From positions 236,981-300,980 of the forward strand of contig RBZT01000855.1 in the NCBI GenBank assembly GCA_003693705.1: DNA of 64,000 nt, in the 5' to 3' direction. Of the stretch, positions 39,346-53,077 are shown piece by piece. Below the pieces are notes generated by a model, which was not told the DNA's origin, did no database searches, and worked only from the letters and a program-made list of their open reading frames with translations. Each line of letters begins with the position of its first letter. Within the stretch, counting starts at the first letter, position 1. The position numbers and the translations under genes were made by a program. The stretch comes from Polymyxa betae A26-41. Lineage: Eukaryota; Protista; Endomyxa: Phytomyxea.

Positions 39346-40866
39346 TCATTTGAACGATTTATGAGACGGGTTCTTGTCTAAATGCTTGAACAGTTGCGTT
39401 TTCGACGCGAACGTCGAATTGCATCTGTCACACCGGAACAAACTGTCTTGTGCCGGGTTCGGGTCAACTTTTCCTTTGGCCTTCAACTTGGCACGACGCG
39501 ACTTCGGCTTTTTGTCGGCGGCTCTGTGATTAGACTCCGATTCAGAAGCCTGATCGGCTTGCCTAACAGGTACATCGTCTGATTCGTCTGCAACGACCTC
39601 ATAACCAAAATTGGCTTCCTTCCTGGCATGCTTGTTTCTTTTCTTTTTCTTAGAATGATCGGGAAGTATCGGCTGCTCTTGGGCGATTTCACAGTCGGTC
39701 CCTGAATCGTTTTGATCAGCTAACAAGTCAAGCTGAGAATCAGCATCTTCTTCATCGGAATAATCATTTGATGCAGCAGACTTCACATCTGAACCATCTC
39801 CAATATTCATCTGGTTCAGAAACGATTCTTGGAGCTGCAGTTCCTGTCGCAGACGTTCGACATTCATTTTGTGCTTTTTCGAGTTCTCATGATTAGAAAA
39901 CTGTTTTTCGCTTTTGAACACTTTGCTACAGGCGATACATTCGAATTCTGGTTCTTCTTCCGATACACTTTCTGGCTCTTCAACTAGGTCGCCATACGCT
40001 TCCCGCATACGACGTTCTCCTTCCAATATACGCTCCTGCTCTTGCGACTGCCAAGCCTCTCTTTCTGCTTTTCGGGTTTTTTTCTGTCTTTCCAATTCTT
40101 CAGCTAAGACCCTCTCTCTATCTTCACGTTCTTTGGCAACAGCAGCTAGATGTTCTTTCACACGAGGATCACGCTTCCTTACGAACATTACTAGCGTCGT
40201 GACCTGATCAATATACGAACGTTTAGCCTTAGCTTGTTCAGTCTTGTTCTCCTTCTCCATAAGTCGTTTGGTTCTTCTTTCAGGAGCATCAGATAATCTC
40301 CACTTATTTGCCCAAGAGAAGTTTCGACCTAAAAAATATCTGTAAGTAACAGTAGCTGCAAAAGGAGGATACCAACAAGTAGAGAAATTGCTCCATTCTT
40401 TGTAGAAATCACTGACTTCGGGCCATGACGCCGTCGAGTTTCCGAAAAATGGAAAATTTCTGCGTGTATTGTCAGAACTTGATTTCAATTCCAGTTCATC
40501 GATCTGGACGAAGATCTTGCTGAAAACGACAAAAAAACTTTTCGGATCCGTATCGCTGAAGCCGTAGAAACATGACACATCAAAAAATTGACCCAGGCTA
40601 ATATCAGGATCCTCTGAAGAACGCAGATCAGGCTCATCCTCTCTCAGGATTTGATTTCTGTGTCCATCGTAGAAGGCGCGCTCATCAGGATCGCTGAGCG
40701 TCTGGTATGCCTCCTGAATGAGCTTAAAGCGCTCTTCGGCGACCTCTTTTTGATACAAATTCTTATCGGGATGCCATTGAAGAGCTTGGACTCGATAAGC
40801 CCGTTTTATATCAGGCTGAGTACAGTCCCTGGCAACGCCAAGGATTTCGTAAAAGCAGATTTTCAT
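39346..40866 (-). CDS. DNAJC21: J-domain co-chaperone DNAJC21/Jjj1 with two C2H2 zinc fingers
   Basis: J domain with [16 protein letters not shown]..., [35 protein letters not shown] and [17 protein letters not shown]. One in-frame intron near 40330-40372. Confidence 0.95.
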   Translation of the reverse strand: MKICFYEILGVARDCTQPDIKRAYRVQALQWHPDKNLYQKEVAEERFKLIQEAYQTLSDPDERAFYDGHRNQILREDEPDLRSSEDPDISLGQFFDVSCFYGFSDTDPKSFFVVFSKIFVQIDELELKSSSDNTRRNFPFFGNSTASWPEVSDFYKEWSNFSTCWYPPFAATVTYRYFLGRNFSWANKWRLSDAPERRTKRLMEKENKTEQAKAKRSYIDQVTTLVMFVRKRDPRVKEHLAAVAKEREDRERVLAEELERQKKTRKAEREAWQSQEQERILEGERRMREAYGDLVEEPESVSEEEPEFECIACSKVFKSEKQFSNHENSKKHKMNVERLRQELQLQESFLNQMNIGDGSDVKSAASNDYSDEEDADSQLDLLADQNDSGTDCEIAQEQPILPDHSKKKKRNKHARKEANFGYEVVADESDDVPVRQADQASESESNHRAADKKPKSRRAKLKAKGKVDPNPAQDSLFRCDRCNSTFASKTQLFKHLDKNPSHKSFK

Positions 40867-41211
40867 TGGAATATCCGCAGGTCCGGCAAGTAGTGGCGCA
40901 GAACCCGCCAATCGCCATACAAGTCCGTTTTCTCTACACGTGAATATTATGTCAGCAAATCATGTAAACAACCAAAACAAGCACCCGCTACACCATCAGA
41001 ACATAACAGCTTTAACGAGGACAAATCGGGGCTTACATAATGAATAGTATGAAATTGCACAGCACCCACCAATCACTCTATGTCAGAGCAATATGTTGAT
41101 CATTTAAGCAGTTTGAAGGAAACATGCAGTTTAAATCAAACATAGAGTAGTACTCCTTGAACATGGTTTTTATCTTTATTTACACTGATTAAAGCACGAT
41201 CCGGACGCAGT

Positions 41212-41744
41212 CTAAATATCCAGATTACTAGGCTTCTTGCGCATATAGTAAAGCTTAGCTCGGCGAGCATGTTGATGCTTGATCACCTAACAGATTGTTC
41301 GTGAAAATAGGCGGACTTCCAAACAGCAGAAACCAACTTGAAAATTACGAATCCATGGGCTGTAAACTGGAACAGTGTGCTCGCAACCTAAGCCTTCAGC
41401 AATACTTCGAACCACAAAAGTTGAGTCAAATCCTTGGTTAGTTCGGGCAATGACAACTCCTTCGATAACATCATTCTTTCGATTGTCGTCTGGAGACATC
41501 GTCTGAGGCATCTCAAACCTAAAACAATCACGTTCTCGTACACGACCACCAGAACGAATACGGGATACCTAACGACATCACCAGGAACGAATCGTGGCAG
41601 AGAAAATCCTCTTAGGCCATCAATCCGTTTCTGTTCCTGCTGGTGAATTTCGGTCAGCAAACGGTTTGCGGCTGTTAGAGTAGAGGATGACCGCTGGCCG
41701 AGATTAAGAACGGCCCGAGGCAAGAGGAAAACTTTGTTATACAT
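41212..41744 (-). CDS. MRPL19: Mitochondrial ribosomal protein bL19 (3 exons)
   Basis: Presequence-like N-terminus, LPRFVPGDVV, EGVVIAR.NQG..STFVVR, G.E...PVYSPWI, RRAKLYYMR. Confidence 0.92.
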
Positions 41745-41877
41745 GATAACGCAGTAGATGGAATGGGGTGTCCGTCTCCGTCCAACATCTCATGACATGA
41801 TATGATGCAGTGGTGAGTGATCCTATATTATTGCTATACCTCAATATGAAAGTATTTAGTTATATATATTTATAAAG

Positions 41878-44800
41878 CTACAAAGATAAATTAAATGCAT
41901 TAGTGTCATCATCAGAGACGGTATCGTCGTCATCATCGTCCGAATCGGTAACCATATCGGCTTCGTTATCTGGTTCATCACCTTGATCGTGATCGTGATC
42001 GTTGTCGTGACTGTGATCGTGTTCATATTGTTCCAGATCCATTTCGTTGAAGTCCATTCCACTCTCACTGAGGATCAGATCTTCATCGTCGCGCTCATCA
42101 TGAGCAAGAGAGCTTCCTTCGGTTTCAGCTTGATGATTAATGACGCTTGTGACTTCGGAGATAGGAGCAGAGCCATTCTCATTCAACCTTTTCCTAGCAA
42201 GCTCGAGAAGGGCTAATACATGATCTTTATCAAAACCGGACTTTGCGGCACTCTCGAAGAAATGAACCGCGAGATCATATTTCTGAAGCGAGCCATTTGC
42301 AAGACCCATCAGAATATTGGCTTGCGGCAGGTTCGGGTCTTCATTTAGAATGGATTCGCATTCAGATAGACATTTAGGGAAATCGCCGCTCTCGTACAGA
42401 GCCATGGCAAAAGTTAAACGGACGAGATGTTGGGAATGTCCACCTGGAAAGGAGAGAGCTTTCTTGCAATCATCTCCTGCTAAAAGTGGCTTGTCCAAAG
42501 AAACACGAGCTATGCCACGATTGCCAAAAGCATCCGAATACGTCGGATCAAGCTCAATCGCCTAATCATTAAAATGAGCCAGTGGGAAGAAGTCAGCAAG
42601 AAACCCGACCTTGAAAAAATCCCTAACTGCTAAATCTGACCATCCCCTCTCTGCATAAGCAATACCTCTGTTATTGTATAAAGATGCACGATCAGGATAT
42701 TTTGATATCCTGGAAAATCCAGCTTAAAGGTTTGACAACACTCAAAGGGCCGATTACCTTTTCGTTAGTTCTTGGATACAGCGGTCGAAGTCGCCTTCTA
42801 GCAGGTATCGGAGACTGATATCCGGATCATTGGCATGCTCGGGAAAATCGGTCACGCGAGAGATGCCAGAATAGCTAACCCGTTTCTTGGGTGCTCTCGC
42901 ACTCGAAGAATGTGCAGCAATATTCTCGATATTGGACTGGATGTATTCCATCATAGTCTTACGATCCGTAATCTCCAGGGACTGGCCACAATGAACAAAC
43001 AATATATATCTCTACCAACAAAGGATTTACCTGCCACGATGGGCAGACACCACGATGCCAGCCAAGACCGCATCCTTTCACCCGGCCGTCGGGCGGCTGC
43101 AGAGCCCGACACACTCTTGCGAAATTGGCGGTCGTGCCAGTATCTTCGCGATACTTATCAACATAGGTCTGCAAAGAAACAATCGGATGCGAGCATGGTC
43201 GAGAAGATGACAACTGACTTTCACACCGTCTCTGGAAAGAACCCCAAATGCTGACCAGCTGTTGCAAACCGCCATTCGATGGAAAGGCTCCCCACAACCA
43301 ATCACCCGCCCGTCAGGCGGCTGCGGAAGATTACACAGCTTTTCGGCATCGGGGCGGAATGTAGCCGCCTTTCTGGGTTTACTCTGAGCCCGAAACGTGC
43401 GAACCTTTTTTATCGCCTAAAAAACCATTATATTGAGCCGAAAAATAATCAAAGCTTTAACCTCTTGCCGTGTTAGCACGTCCATTTCTGCCCAGGCGGC
43501 ACAAATTCGACCTTTATGGTTCGGTGCGCCACAGCCCCTTAAACTTCCATCGGGCGGCTGGATAAAATCGCACAGCTCTACAGCTGGATCCGGATGTTCC
43601 TGATGCCAGGCAAGCAAAGCCGGTCGAATTTCCTCAAACTTTATCACATTCTGAGCCCGCCAGGAATTGCAAACTGTGCCACGATGTTGGATGCCGGAGG
43701 AACAGCCACGGTTGACACCATCAGGAGGTTGAGGGATAACACAACGGTCCTTATCTGGCAGTTTACGAATCATGCGATTGCTATTCATGCAGTCAAAACG
43801 CAGAATTCAAACTCAGCTGGCTTAGGGCCGTACTCGTTTTTAGCAAACCCAGAATTCGGAAATCGTTTCTTCCACTCCAAGAGCCTTTGTCTGACCTCGG
43901 GTAGAGTCAAGACACCAGCTGCGATCCACGTATTGCAAACATTATCAGGATGTGCAAGCTATTGTCCCGTGTTATGGACATCGACAGCAGCGGGGTGGAA
44001 TATTACCTGACCACATCCTTGCTTTAGCGGGCCATTCTGATCTGGGAAGGGGGGTTGCCTCATTGCACACATTCGATTCAATGGGATCGAGGATGCAGAC
44101 AGTTGAGATGAGGTGAAAGCGAAGACCCGATCGTGGATTTGGTTTGAGTGCGTTAATCCCTGAAAATAATATGTTATTAAATATCGTTGATATCAATTGA
44201 TATACCATTTGCTGCCATGCATAGCAGGGAATAGGAGCATGGGCAGCTTGGCCACAGCCTAACCAACGACCATCGGGCGGCTGTGGCAGCCGGCATGCAA
44301 GTAAGCCCTGAGCGTTCGGTTTCGTTCCAGACTAATAAGGATTAACATTACGCAGCTAAACGGGAAAATGCATACTTCATCGCCGTTGCTGGGAAGGGAT
44401 GTATTTCCAACTGATTGAATCACGAGATTCGACGCAACCGAGAAGGAAGCATGCTGTATTGAAGTTGAACTCATTGCAGATGCGGCATGCTGGAGACGTT
44501 CAAGATTCATTAATTTGGTATGGGCTGTCATCTATAATGGGTGTTACAAACGAATGATTTCGATCAGGTGAAATATGCAACTTACATCCAGATCCGTATT
44601 GGACAAATTGTGATTGTTCACGATGGTGGCAGGAACAGCATCTTGGGAAATTGGAGTCACATCACTACCGTATTGATTTGCAGATGTCATCAACGGAGCT
44701 GGATTGCTCGATTCCAAATGGTAACTTTGCGGATCGTCCTGGTATTGAGTCAATTATACGGTTAGGAAAACGCGGGCATTTCATACCGGTGCAGATGTAC

Positions 44801-45158
44801 CCATGGTCGAATGCAAGCCTATATCTCCAGCATTGGTTAGCTGGGGAATCAAGCTTGCACTTCTAGCGACGGCGAACTGCATACTAAGGCCCAGATTTCC
44901 AGCATCGAACGACTGAATAAGCACGCCCAAATCTCCGGAGTTTGCAGGCGGTATTACATTGGCCAGATTTACAAGTTGGGGTGGACTAGAAGAAGGGACC
45001 ATGGACGTGTATGCAGAAGCGGCTTCAGCCGCTCTTAGCACCTGAAGAGCGCCTGCCTGCGAATTGCTGGGTACTGCCGGGTTGCCAAGCTCCTGTATGT
45101 GATCCTCCTGAATGGGTCTGTCGGGCGGATGTAAACCATGGTTTGGGTCATTGGACAT
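41878..45158 (-). CDS. Protein with low-complexity N-terminus, six CCHC-type QPPDG repeats, ~5 TPRs and a His/Asp-rich tail
   Basis: Spliced translation shows six Cys/His modules (43031-44295), then TPRs (YNNRGIAY..RG..DLA..DF.KAIELDP.Y.DA..NRG), then HDHSHDNDHDHD and poly-Asp. Confidence 0.85.
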
Positions 45159-45930
45159 TTATCGTGATAGCCTTTAGCCTTACAGAGGCCCATACGAATT
45201 ACAGATAGGAACTCCGTCGCCTCGCATGTTTCTACCATTCTTCATTGCACGTTCCATTCTTTTGCATTATCAGGGTTGGCCTGATTTTCAGCTAAATCGC
45301 GATGAAAAGTGGGAACCCATGGGCAATACGAGGTGGCTGAGGGCCATTTGTTACATATGCTGGCTCAGTTAACGAATTCGAATCAAGCTGAGCACGGTCC
45401 TAGACAGTCCAGTGTGGTGTTCCAACTTCTGTAGCTGATGATCTTTAGAGCGAAGCCCGTTGTGGCGCCAATGCATCAATGGAATACTAATTACGAATGC
45501 TCTACGGTTTTAGATCAGAATATGTGAACGTCAGTTTGCCGCAAGAGTGGTTCAGATGGCAGATTCAGGCGGGGTATCAGAGAGAAATATCACAGATGTG
45601 ACCATTCGGATTATCGTCATCTAAGGATGAAGCCATGCAATCTAGCACCCAAATTATAGAAATATGGCAATACATTAGGTTTTGGATCAACAGATTCATC
45701 TTGTTATTCCAGTATCACATATGCTATCGAAGTCAGCTTTTGTCTGTTGCAAGCGATCACATTAGTCGGTGATTACCTGCGATAAGCCCCGTCAGAGCTC
45801 TTATGTTAGATGATATTATTAAGGAGCAACCTGCACGGCGAGTCAAGGCGACGCCCTTTATCTTAGAACACTTTACTGGTCGTACCTATCTATAATATCA
45901 GTCCATCTGACCATCTCTGGAGTATCGAGC

Positions 45931-48339
45931 ATGGTCAATGTCGACAGTCTTAATCTGCTTATTGATACGCCCAATTACATTGAACATCGGCGTGCGATGA
46001 CGGAATTCTTAGCGACGCATCCTGCTTTTAAAAGAAGGAAGCATTCTATTGTAGGTGTTGTCCAATTCATTAGATTGATACTCAATCTCTTTTCGGGTAT
46101 GCCAATTGACCAGCAGCGCGAGCACTGCATGGAGCAAGTTCGCGTTTTGGTTTCGGAATCGGGACTCTTCAATCTACGCGACCAATTCGAGGTTCGTCGA
46201 GAAACGATCTGCACTTGCGGTTATCAATTGGTATCCAGAAACCAGATCGTTGGGCTGCGACAGCAGAACCGATCGCCTATGTTGATAACAATCTGCTAAC
46301 CAAACTTGGTGTCTTGTTTAGCTTGTAAGGGAGAGAAACTTGGTCATTCAGATTATCCTCATCTTTCACAAAGGTTTGGGTCGTCCTTGTTCTTGCTCGG
46401 CTCGGAATATCATATCAAGAGATACTGTACGCTTAACAACTTTGAAAGCTTCTTCTAAGCATGCGTTTGTAGGGAATGATGTTGAAACACTCAAGGTTCG
46501 AGGTTGTTTCTGCATGACAGAACTGGGACATGGCTCAAACGTTCGATCGCTGGGAACTACTGCTGTCTATAGCTCTGATACGAGACAGTTTATACTGAAC
46601 ACCCCTAATGATTCGGCACAGAAGTACTTCATCGGTCGAGATCTGGTTTTACCAATGCACATCGGCACTGAATGAACATCAGGGGGTCTTGCTGTGCATT
46701 GCACACACGCGATTGTGTTCGCCCAATTATCTGTCGATGGGAAATCTCGGGGTGTTCATGCTTTCATTGTTCAATTGCGGGATGAATCAAACAAGTTATT
46801 GCCAGGCGTTCATATTGTCGATTGTGGACCTAAGTCAGGTTAGTGTCTTGATCTATTAAGTACCTGCCAATGATGTCGTTGCTTTAGGATTGAACGGGGT
46901 CTGTGAGATGTTTCTTGCTGTTTGAAGAGGTTGAATAATGGGCAGGTTGACAATGGTCGACTTTGGCTCTCCAACGTTCGTGTTGATCGACTTGCACTTT
47001 TGAACCGTCTCGCGACTGTTGATGAGAGTGGTAAATACCATTCAGAAATGGCATCGAATAACGCTCGCTTTGGAAAAATGTTGGCGCTTTTGGCCCTCGG
47101 TCGAGTAGGTTAGAGCCGGGTTAAGGGCTCGAATCGCTCCTTATCGTACATAGGCGTTGCAGTTTCGGCAACAAACTTTAGCAAGATCGGACTCTATATT
47201 GCAATTCGTTATGCGTTCTCTCGACGCCAATTCTCTATCAGTGATAGCCAGCCTGAGATCCCGATTATTGAGTACAGCACTCATCAGCTGAGACTGTTCC
47301 CTTTATTGGCGCGAACATTCGCCATCAACCTTGCCCTAAGCGATGTGAAAATGGTTTCCGTCCTGTCATGAAGAGGGGGTATTCTACTCAATCCCTGTTT
47401 CAGGAAGCGTACTCGAAATCTGGCAACGCCCAAGCGTATTTGGATTATTTGAATGACAACTCTAAAGAGGTGCACATCTTGACCTGCGGAATCAAACCTA
47501 TCGCCACCTGGCACCGGTACTCTACATCTTCATTACCATTATTGTGCTTAGCCACGTTCAGGAGGCGCGTACTTTACACATGTCGGGAATGTTGTGGTGG
47601 ACAAGGAATTCTAGCATCAAATCTAATAGGTGTCTTGATATCGGAAACAGACGCAGATATCACTTGGGAAGGAGACAATACTGTGCTTTTACAGTACGGA
47701 TGCTTTCGAATAATCAACAAGAAAGCATTCTGATTTTGAATCAATAGGCAAGTGGCAAGCCATGTACTGAAAGCTTTCGTAGGCAAACTGCGTTCGACGT
47801 CAAAGCTTAGGTTGGCACAGCAATATATGAAATCGGTTACCGTTGGGCGATTGGGTAACGATGGAGGAGGCAACTTTCAAGATCGATCATTCTACTTGAA
47901 AGCGCTCGATTTCAAGCAACGAACCTTGTCAATGCATTGTATGAAGATTCTCCGTCAACTGAAATTCATCGACGATGCTCAGAAAAAATTCGACATCTTT
48001 AACCAAGTTCTGCCCACGATGCTGGATCTGGCTGTGTCGTACATTGAACATGATATATTGCTCCGTTTTGATAAGGCGATTGACGCCTGCCAAGATGAAA
48101 ATCAAACTATTTTGTCGAGCTTGTTTCAACTCCATGCTGCCCATCTTCTTGATGAGAATATGGCATTTTTCCAAGCAGAAAGGTATATTTCTCCAACTAC
48201 CGCCAAAAATCTGAAAGCTTTCATCTTGGAGCTCTGCGCAAAGATCAAACCAGAAGCACTCAATCTAGTAGCAGCATTCAAAATCGATCCCAGGCTAGTC
48301 GACGCTCCCATTGCACACGATGAAAGTAAACCAGCGTGA
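45931..48339 (+). CDS. Acyl-CoA oxidase (multi-exon; true start may be about 45803)
   Basis: GCFCMTELGHGSNV..L.T.A.Y....QFILNTP...AQKY.IG, GLNG/VDNG, IAIRYA..RRQF, CRECCGGQG and the catalytic ITWEGDNTVL. Confidence 0.93.
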
Positions 48340-48413
48340 TTTCACCCAACCAATTTAGGTGTTGCTGCAAGCTTTCGGCACGAGGCGAAGTCGAATAAAA
48401 CATCGGATTGATT

Positions 48414-49754
48414 TTACTCTTTATGTTTAGACCTCGATGGCTTCTTGGCCATTACATTCAGGTATGTACCGAAGCAGAATACGAATCCGGCGATTACATA
48501 GGCCAGTGAAAACGGTTTCGGGAACAGGATAAACGATAGCACGACGCTTAAAACCTAGACACGAGATTAAACCTTCAATCAGTCATAAACACACTCATCA
48601 AGACCTTCCGAACGGTCGTAACGGTTGTAGCGACGACCACCCCAAATCGTTTAATGATAGCAACAAAGCAAAGCACGCCAGCATATACAAGAAATGTACG
48701 AAGGACGAAATATGCATAAATGCTGGGATGAACTTTGCAGAATTCGATAGCTTGTGTGAACTCACCAGTGGCCTAAATTCAATATAAGCAAACAGGATGG
48801 TCTGGAATTGTGCTGCAAACCAGGGTGATAACAGACGATAAACCAGCAGCAAACAGATTCCCGAAAATCATGAGCTCCAGCATTGGGGCATTGTGAGCCT
48901 GAACACCGAATAAGCTACTAATAACAAAGGCTATCGATGCATTTATAAACCTGGAGAACATGCTCTTGAGAATTGGAATGCAATGCGTCGAAAAACAAGC
49001 TATACAGAAATCAATAGAATTACGGGGGCATGGTACATTATCATACCTGGCGACAACGATGCCGATTCCCATCATTGAGAACCTTGGTGAGACATCAGCA
49101 TCTCCAAGAGAGAACAGAATTGCAGACAGCACCAATAGTGAGCATGATATCCATTCCTTAAGTGGATATCTGGTGAACAAATTAGATTGGAAGTTTCGCA
49201 GAATATTTGAAGGAACCTTTTTTGGTAGATGAAGAAGCTGCCCATTAACACAACAATAAGCTTTAGCGACTTAAAAATTACTTGCGATGGGTAATTCAAG
49301 TATTGCAAGCTCATATTGGTCAGACCTCTTGCGAACGTCATCGACAAAGCGACGATTAAGTGATTATAGAGCGGCGCCTTTCTCCTGAACGTCATCCCAT
49401 TCACAAGTAGATGCTCAATGGAGGCGATTGCAGCAAATCCCAGCAATTCAAAAACGGTCATGAACCTAAAAAGAATTTCAGAAACGACCCAATTGATTGT
49501 TGTTTGCCCCAGCACAACCATCCAAAATTAAATCCGGGAACATTGCTGAACATATTTTCTTCGACACTTCCACAGAGAAGGAAGAACAAGAAGACGCCTG
49601 TCACCAATACCACGAACTGAAAAACAGCAGGCAGTTTGCTGATGTCAACCCCGAGAACTTGAATCGGGACGTTTGCGGCAGATGAGCTGCCTTTCTCGAT
49701 ATCATGCAGGGGTATCTGGACATCACTGGTTGGGATGGGTTTGTTAACGACCAT
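48414..49754 (-). CDS. UAA-family nucleotide-sugar/PAPS transporter, SLC35B3-like (copy 1); start uncertain
   Basis: GLTNMSLQYLNYPSQVIFKSLKLI, LFSLGDADVSPRF, TTVRK.LSVVLSFILFPKPF. Confidence 0.88.
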
Positions 49755-50876
49755 TTGTCCTGCAGTTTGAGCGACCGGAAGTGAAATAAATGATTCAGCC
49801 ACTGTTTGGGACTTGGCCGATTAATCGTCACACCAATCTGGACGGTATAACCTAACAGGACAGAAACAGGCTACGGCGACAAATGAACACGGACTCTGGT
49901 ATGAGCGAGGCTTGCACGACCAAGCGGGTGTTCTAGGTAGAAATGGAATGGAATTTAGGGGAATACTGCCCAGAGCGTCCACTTGAATGTTGTCGGGTCT
50001 GATATGGCGCCGATTTTCTTCTGCCTTGGAAAACCTATCAACATGATCGACACCATTTTTCGAGATACTTATTTACTAGGAAAAAAAATGGAGAGATTGT
50101 GGATAACTGAATTTTGTATTTTTTTTTATGAAAGTGTGTTCAAGCGATGTCAATTTTGACATGGCCATTTTTTGAAAGGTCCAGCGAAGAAGGGTCTTTC
50201 TTTGCATAGAAAGACGATTGATCTTGCTTGGCGTCCGACAAAGTGGAAAGGCTCTGGGGCATGTCATGGGCAGCAGGTGATTCACAGCATGCACAGAGCT
50301 GGGACGGTCGGACGACGGTTGTCATACTCCATCGGTGGCGCCATCGCTTCCATGAGGGGACACTGAATGCATTTGAGCTCATGATGGAGTAGACCTTGGC
50401 GGATTTGGTTTCGATGTTTGGAACTGTTTCAGAAATGGCCCGGATTCGCCGGCTGATTTCGTCAGGAATCTCATCGATGAGTCAACCATTTTCAGTTCCG
50501 ACGTAAGCAATTAGCTCTATCCGACACTTCCTGCATGCTTTTGGGAGCTATAACCTATCAATCGCGGCATTACGACGAACAGTAGTCCCTGTAAGACAGG
50601 ATGGAAGTAGGTGGAAAAGCCATTGAACAATACTCATTCATAAAGCTAGCTAGTTTTCGAGAACCTTATTGCAGTTTAAGTACAAACATGAGATGAAAAA
50701 AGAGAATGGTGCAAGATGGCCGATTGTCTGACGATGACAGGAAAGAGGCCGCATCCTTTATCTTGTTACTTGTTGCATTCCTCTCTTCTTTCGTTCTACT
50801 TTGGCTGGGTATCAACTTCATCAGTGGAGTTGCTGGGCTGCAATCTGGTCATTGTTCAGAGTAGCCGATCTAGATA

Positions 50877-51310
50877 ATGGCGTCGGGAAATCAGGGTATC
50901 CAGCAACTAATAGCGGCCGAAGCAGAAGCCGCTGCTATTGTTGAAGAGGCCCGCAACTGTATGGTTTAGTCTTTCAGCTTGTGCTGATTTTTTTATCGAT
51001 TTCATGATCAGATCGAAAGAAGAAACTCAAATCTGCGGAACAAGGAGCTCAGGGCGAAATCGCTCAGTTCCGGGCAGAAATTCAGGCGAAATTCGATGAA
51101 GATTCAACGTCGGATATCGGGTCTACGCTCACCTACCAGGCGACATTGGATCGAGAAACAAAAACTGCTATAGATAAGACGACTGAAGTTCATCAAAAGA
51201 AGAGTGATGAAATCATCGACCTTCTGGTATATCATGCTACAATGGTCACTATGAAAGTACCAGAATCAATCGCTCAATGCATTAAAGCGACAATGTACCT
51301 AGACTCCTAA
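50877..51310 (+). CDS. V-type ATPase subunit G (2 exons; not in ORF track)
   Basis: MASGNQGIQQLIAAEAEAAAIVEEARNYRKKKLKSAEQGAQGEIAQFRAE. Intron 50959-51011. Frame checked to the stop at 51310. Confidence 0.92.
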
Positions 51311-51366
51311 TAATGGCAGCAGTTCCATAAACAATCGTTTCTTTAGTTAGTGTTTTTACAGTTTAA

Positions 51367-52876
51367 TCATTGCATTTGGCTTCCGGGTTCGGTGCCCTTT
51401 CTTCTTTTGATAGATTGAGATATGTCCCTATAACGAACAGGAACGCAGCTGGTATGTAAATCGACGTAAACGGTTTTGGGAATATCCAAAAACTCAAAAT
51501 CTACATTGACGTTTACTTCTGCAAAAAAATATATTTCGAAAACATACAATTGTGCAGATTTTCCTGCAAGTGGTGACAGTGGTAGCGACGACACAGTTCC
51601 ATCGCTTTATAAGAACAACAAAACATAACACTCCCATATAAGCGGCGCACGACCTAGATTAAGATGACATTATGAAGAAAATCTCCTTAATAAGAAACTA
51701 CCTAACAGTCAGAAGAAGAAATACACGAGGTTCCTTAATGCAGAACGCTAAAGCAACTAGTAGTTCCCCTTTCATTATGCAAGAGAATGCTGACGACACA
51801 AATAAAAAACTCGAACGCTATAACCATCAATGGGCTCTTACCGGCAAAAGCTGCTCCAAACAAGTTCCCGAAGAAAAGCAGCTCAAGCACAGAAGCATTG
51901 TATTTATTCAGAATCAACTCCTGCAAAAAATCGGTCGTTCAGTTAAAAGCAGCATTTTCAGTTTCCGTACCTGATAGTTGGTATGGATAGAACTAAAGAC
52001 TAGACTCGAAAGGACAAAAGCAATCCCTGCAAACAGAAGGCCAGTGGTTTGCGATTTATTGGAGACGACCGAGTCCCCAAGGGCAAACATCGCCGCGCTG
52101 GAAGTCAGCGAAGCTGCTGCGGCGTAATCTTTGAGCGAATAACGAGAGATATCTCTGCAGAATGGTTTCAGCTGGTTGCAGTAGGTACAAATAATCCATC
52201 TACCGGTGAAATGCCAAGCTTATAAGCATAACAATTACCAATTTGGTTGATTTAAAGACCACCTAGCTCAGATAAGCCAGCGACTTTGAGTGTAAGCGCA
52301 GCGCTTACTTGAGTTGGGAAGTTTAGCATTTGTAGGCTCGTGTTGCCGAATGCCCGACCAATACTCATGCTTAGCGCAACGAGTGCATGCGATCGGATTG
52401 GTGCTGATCTTTTCCATACCCCGAATGCAAACATTTGATCTTTCTTCAAGTAAGCTTCTGCAACCGCGATGGCCGAAAATATGAAAAGTTCCCATGTCGT
52501 CATAAAAAGCGGGAACCGGAAACTGATAGACATTATTACAAAAACGACTTGAGCTATGTTATGAAGCCTTACCCTTGAACTGACGTGAACATGAACTCAT
52601 CCAGAGCTGCACTTAATAAGGAGAAAGCAAATAACAGAAATGTGATAAAAGCAAACTAAAGCGAAGTAGGTCAGGTGTTGTATATTGCCAATCTCATAAA
52701 CTAACTTGTGCAGGTGGAGACATCCAACTTAATTCGAAGAAAAGGAGCTGAACTTGAGGACGATGAGGCTCGTCCGAATCACATTTTAAGGCGCCTGCAT
52801 CATCTTCAATCTCGAAACATACACGGTCAGAATCAGCCTGGTCGACTTTGGAATAAGCCGGCTCATTGACAGTCAT
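51367..52876 (-). CDS. UAA-family nucleotide-sugar transporter, SLC35B3-like (copy 2, divergent)
   Basis: Same architecture as copy 1: GNTSLQMLNFPTQ, MFALGDS, QELILNKYNASVLELLFFGNLF, SFWIFPKPF. Confidence 0.85.
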
Positions 52877-53077
52877 GAACGAGATCGGGCCTGGCTATCA
52901 ATCTGGCTTGACCGTGCCTTATAGCCGATGACATTCACAGTTTATATTTGAAGGAAAACACACACATAATGACATGCGATTTTACGATACATTCAAAAAA
53001 TTCAAAAACAAAAAAGCAAAAAGCCATCTAACTATGCAAGTTGTAAAGCGGATAGCGAATTTGTCTATATCTGGAAT

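Noticed and set aside
45803-45930. PTS2 signal for the acyl-CoA oxidase (C-terminus SKPA is not a canonical PTS1)
   Set aside because: An RV...HL nonapeptide could not be produced with plausible splice sites. Unresolved without transcripts.
50076-50490. Small minus-strand gene between the transporter and V-ATPase G
   Set aside because: Needs an unusually short intron, has no recognisable domain, and could be UTR or promoter sequence.
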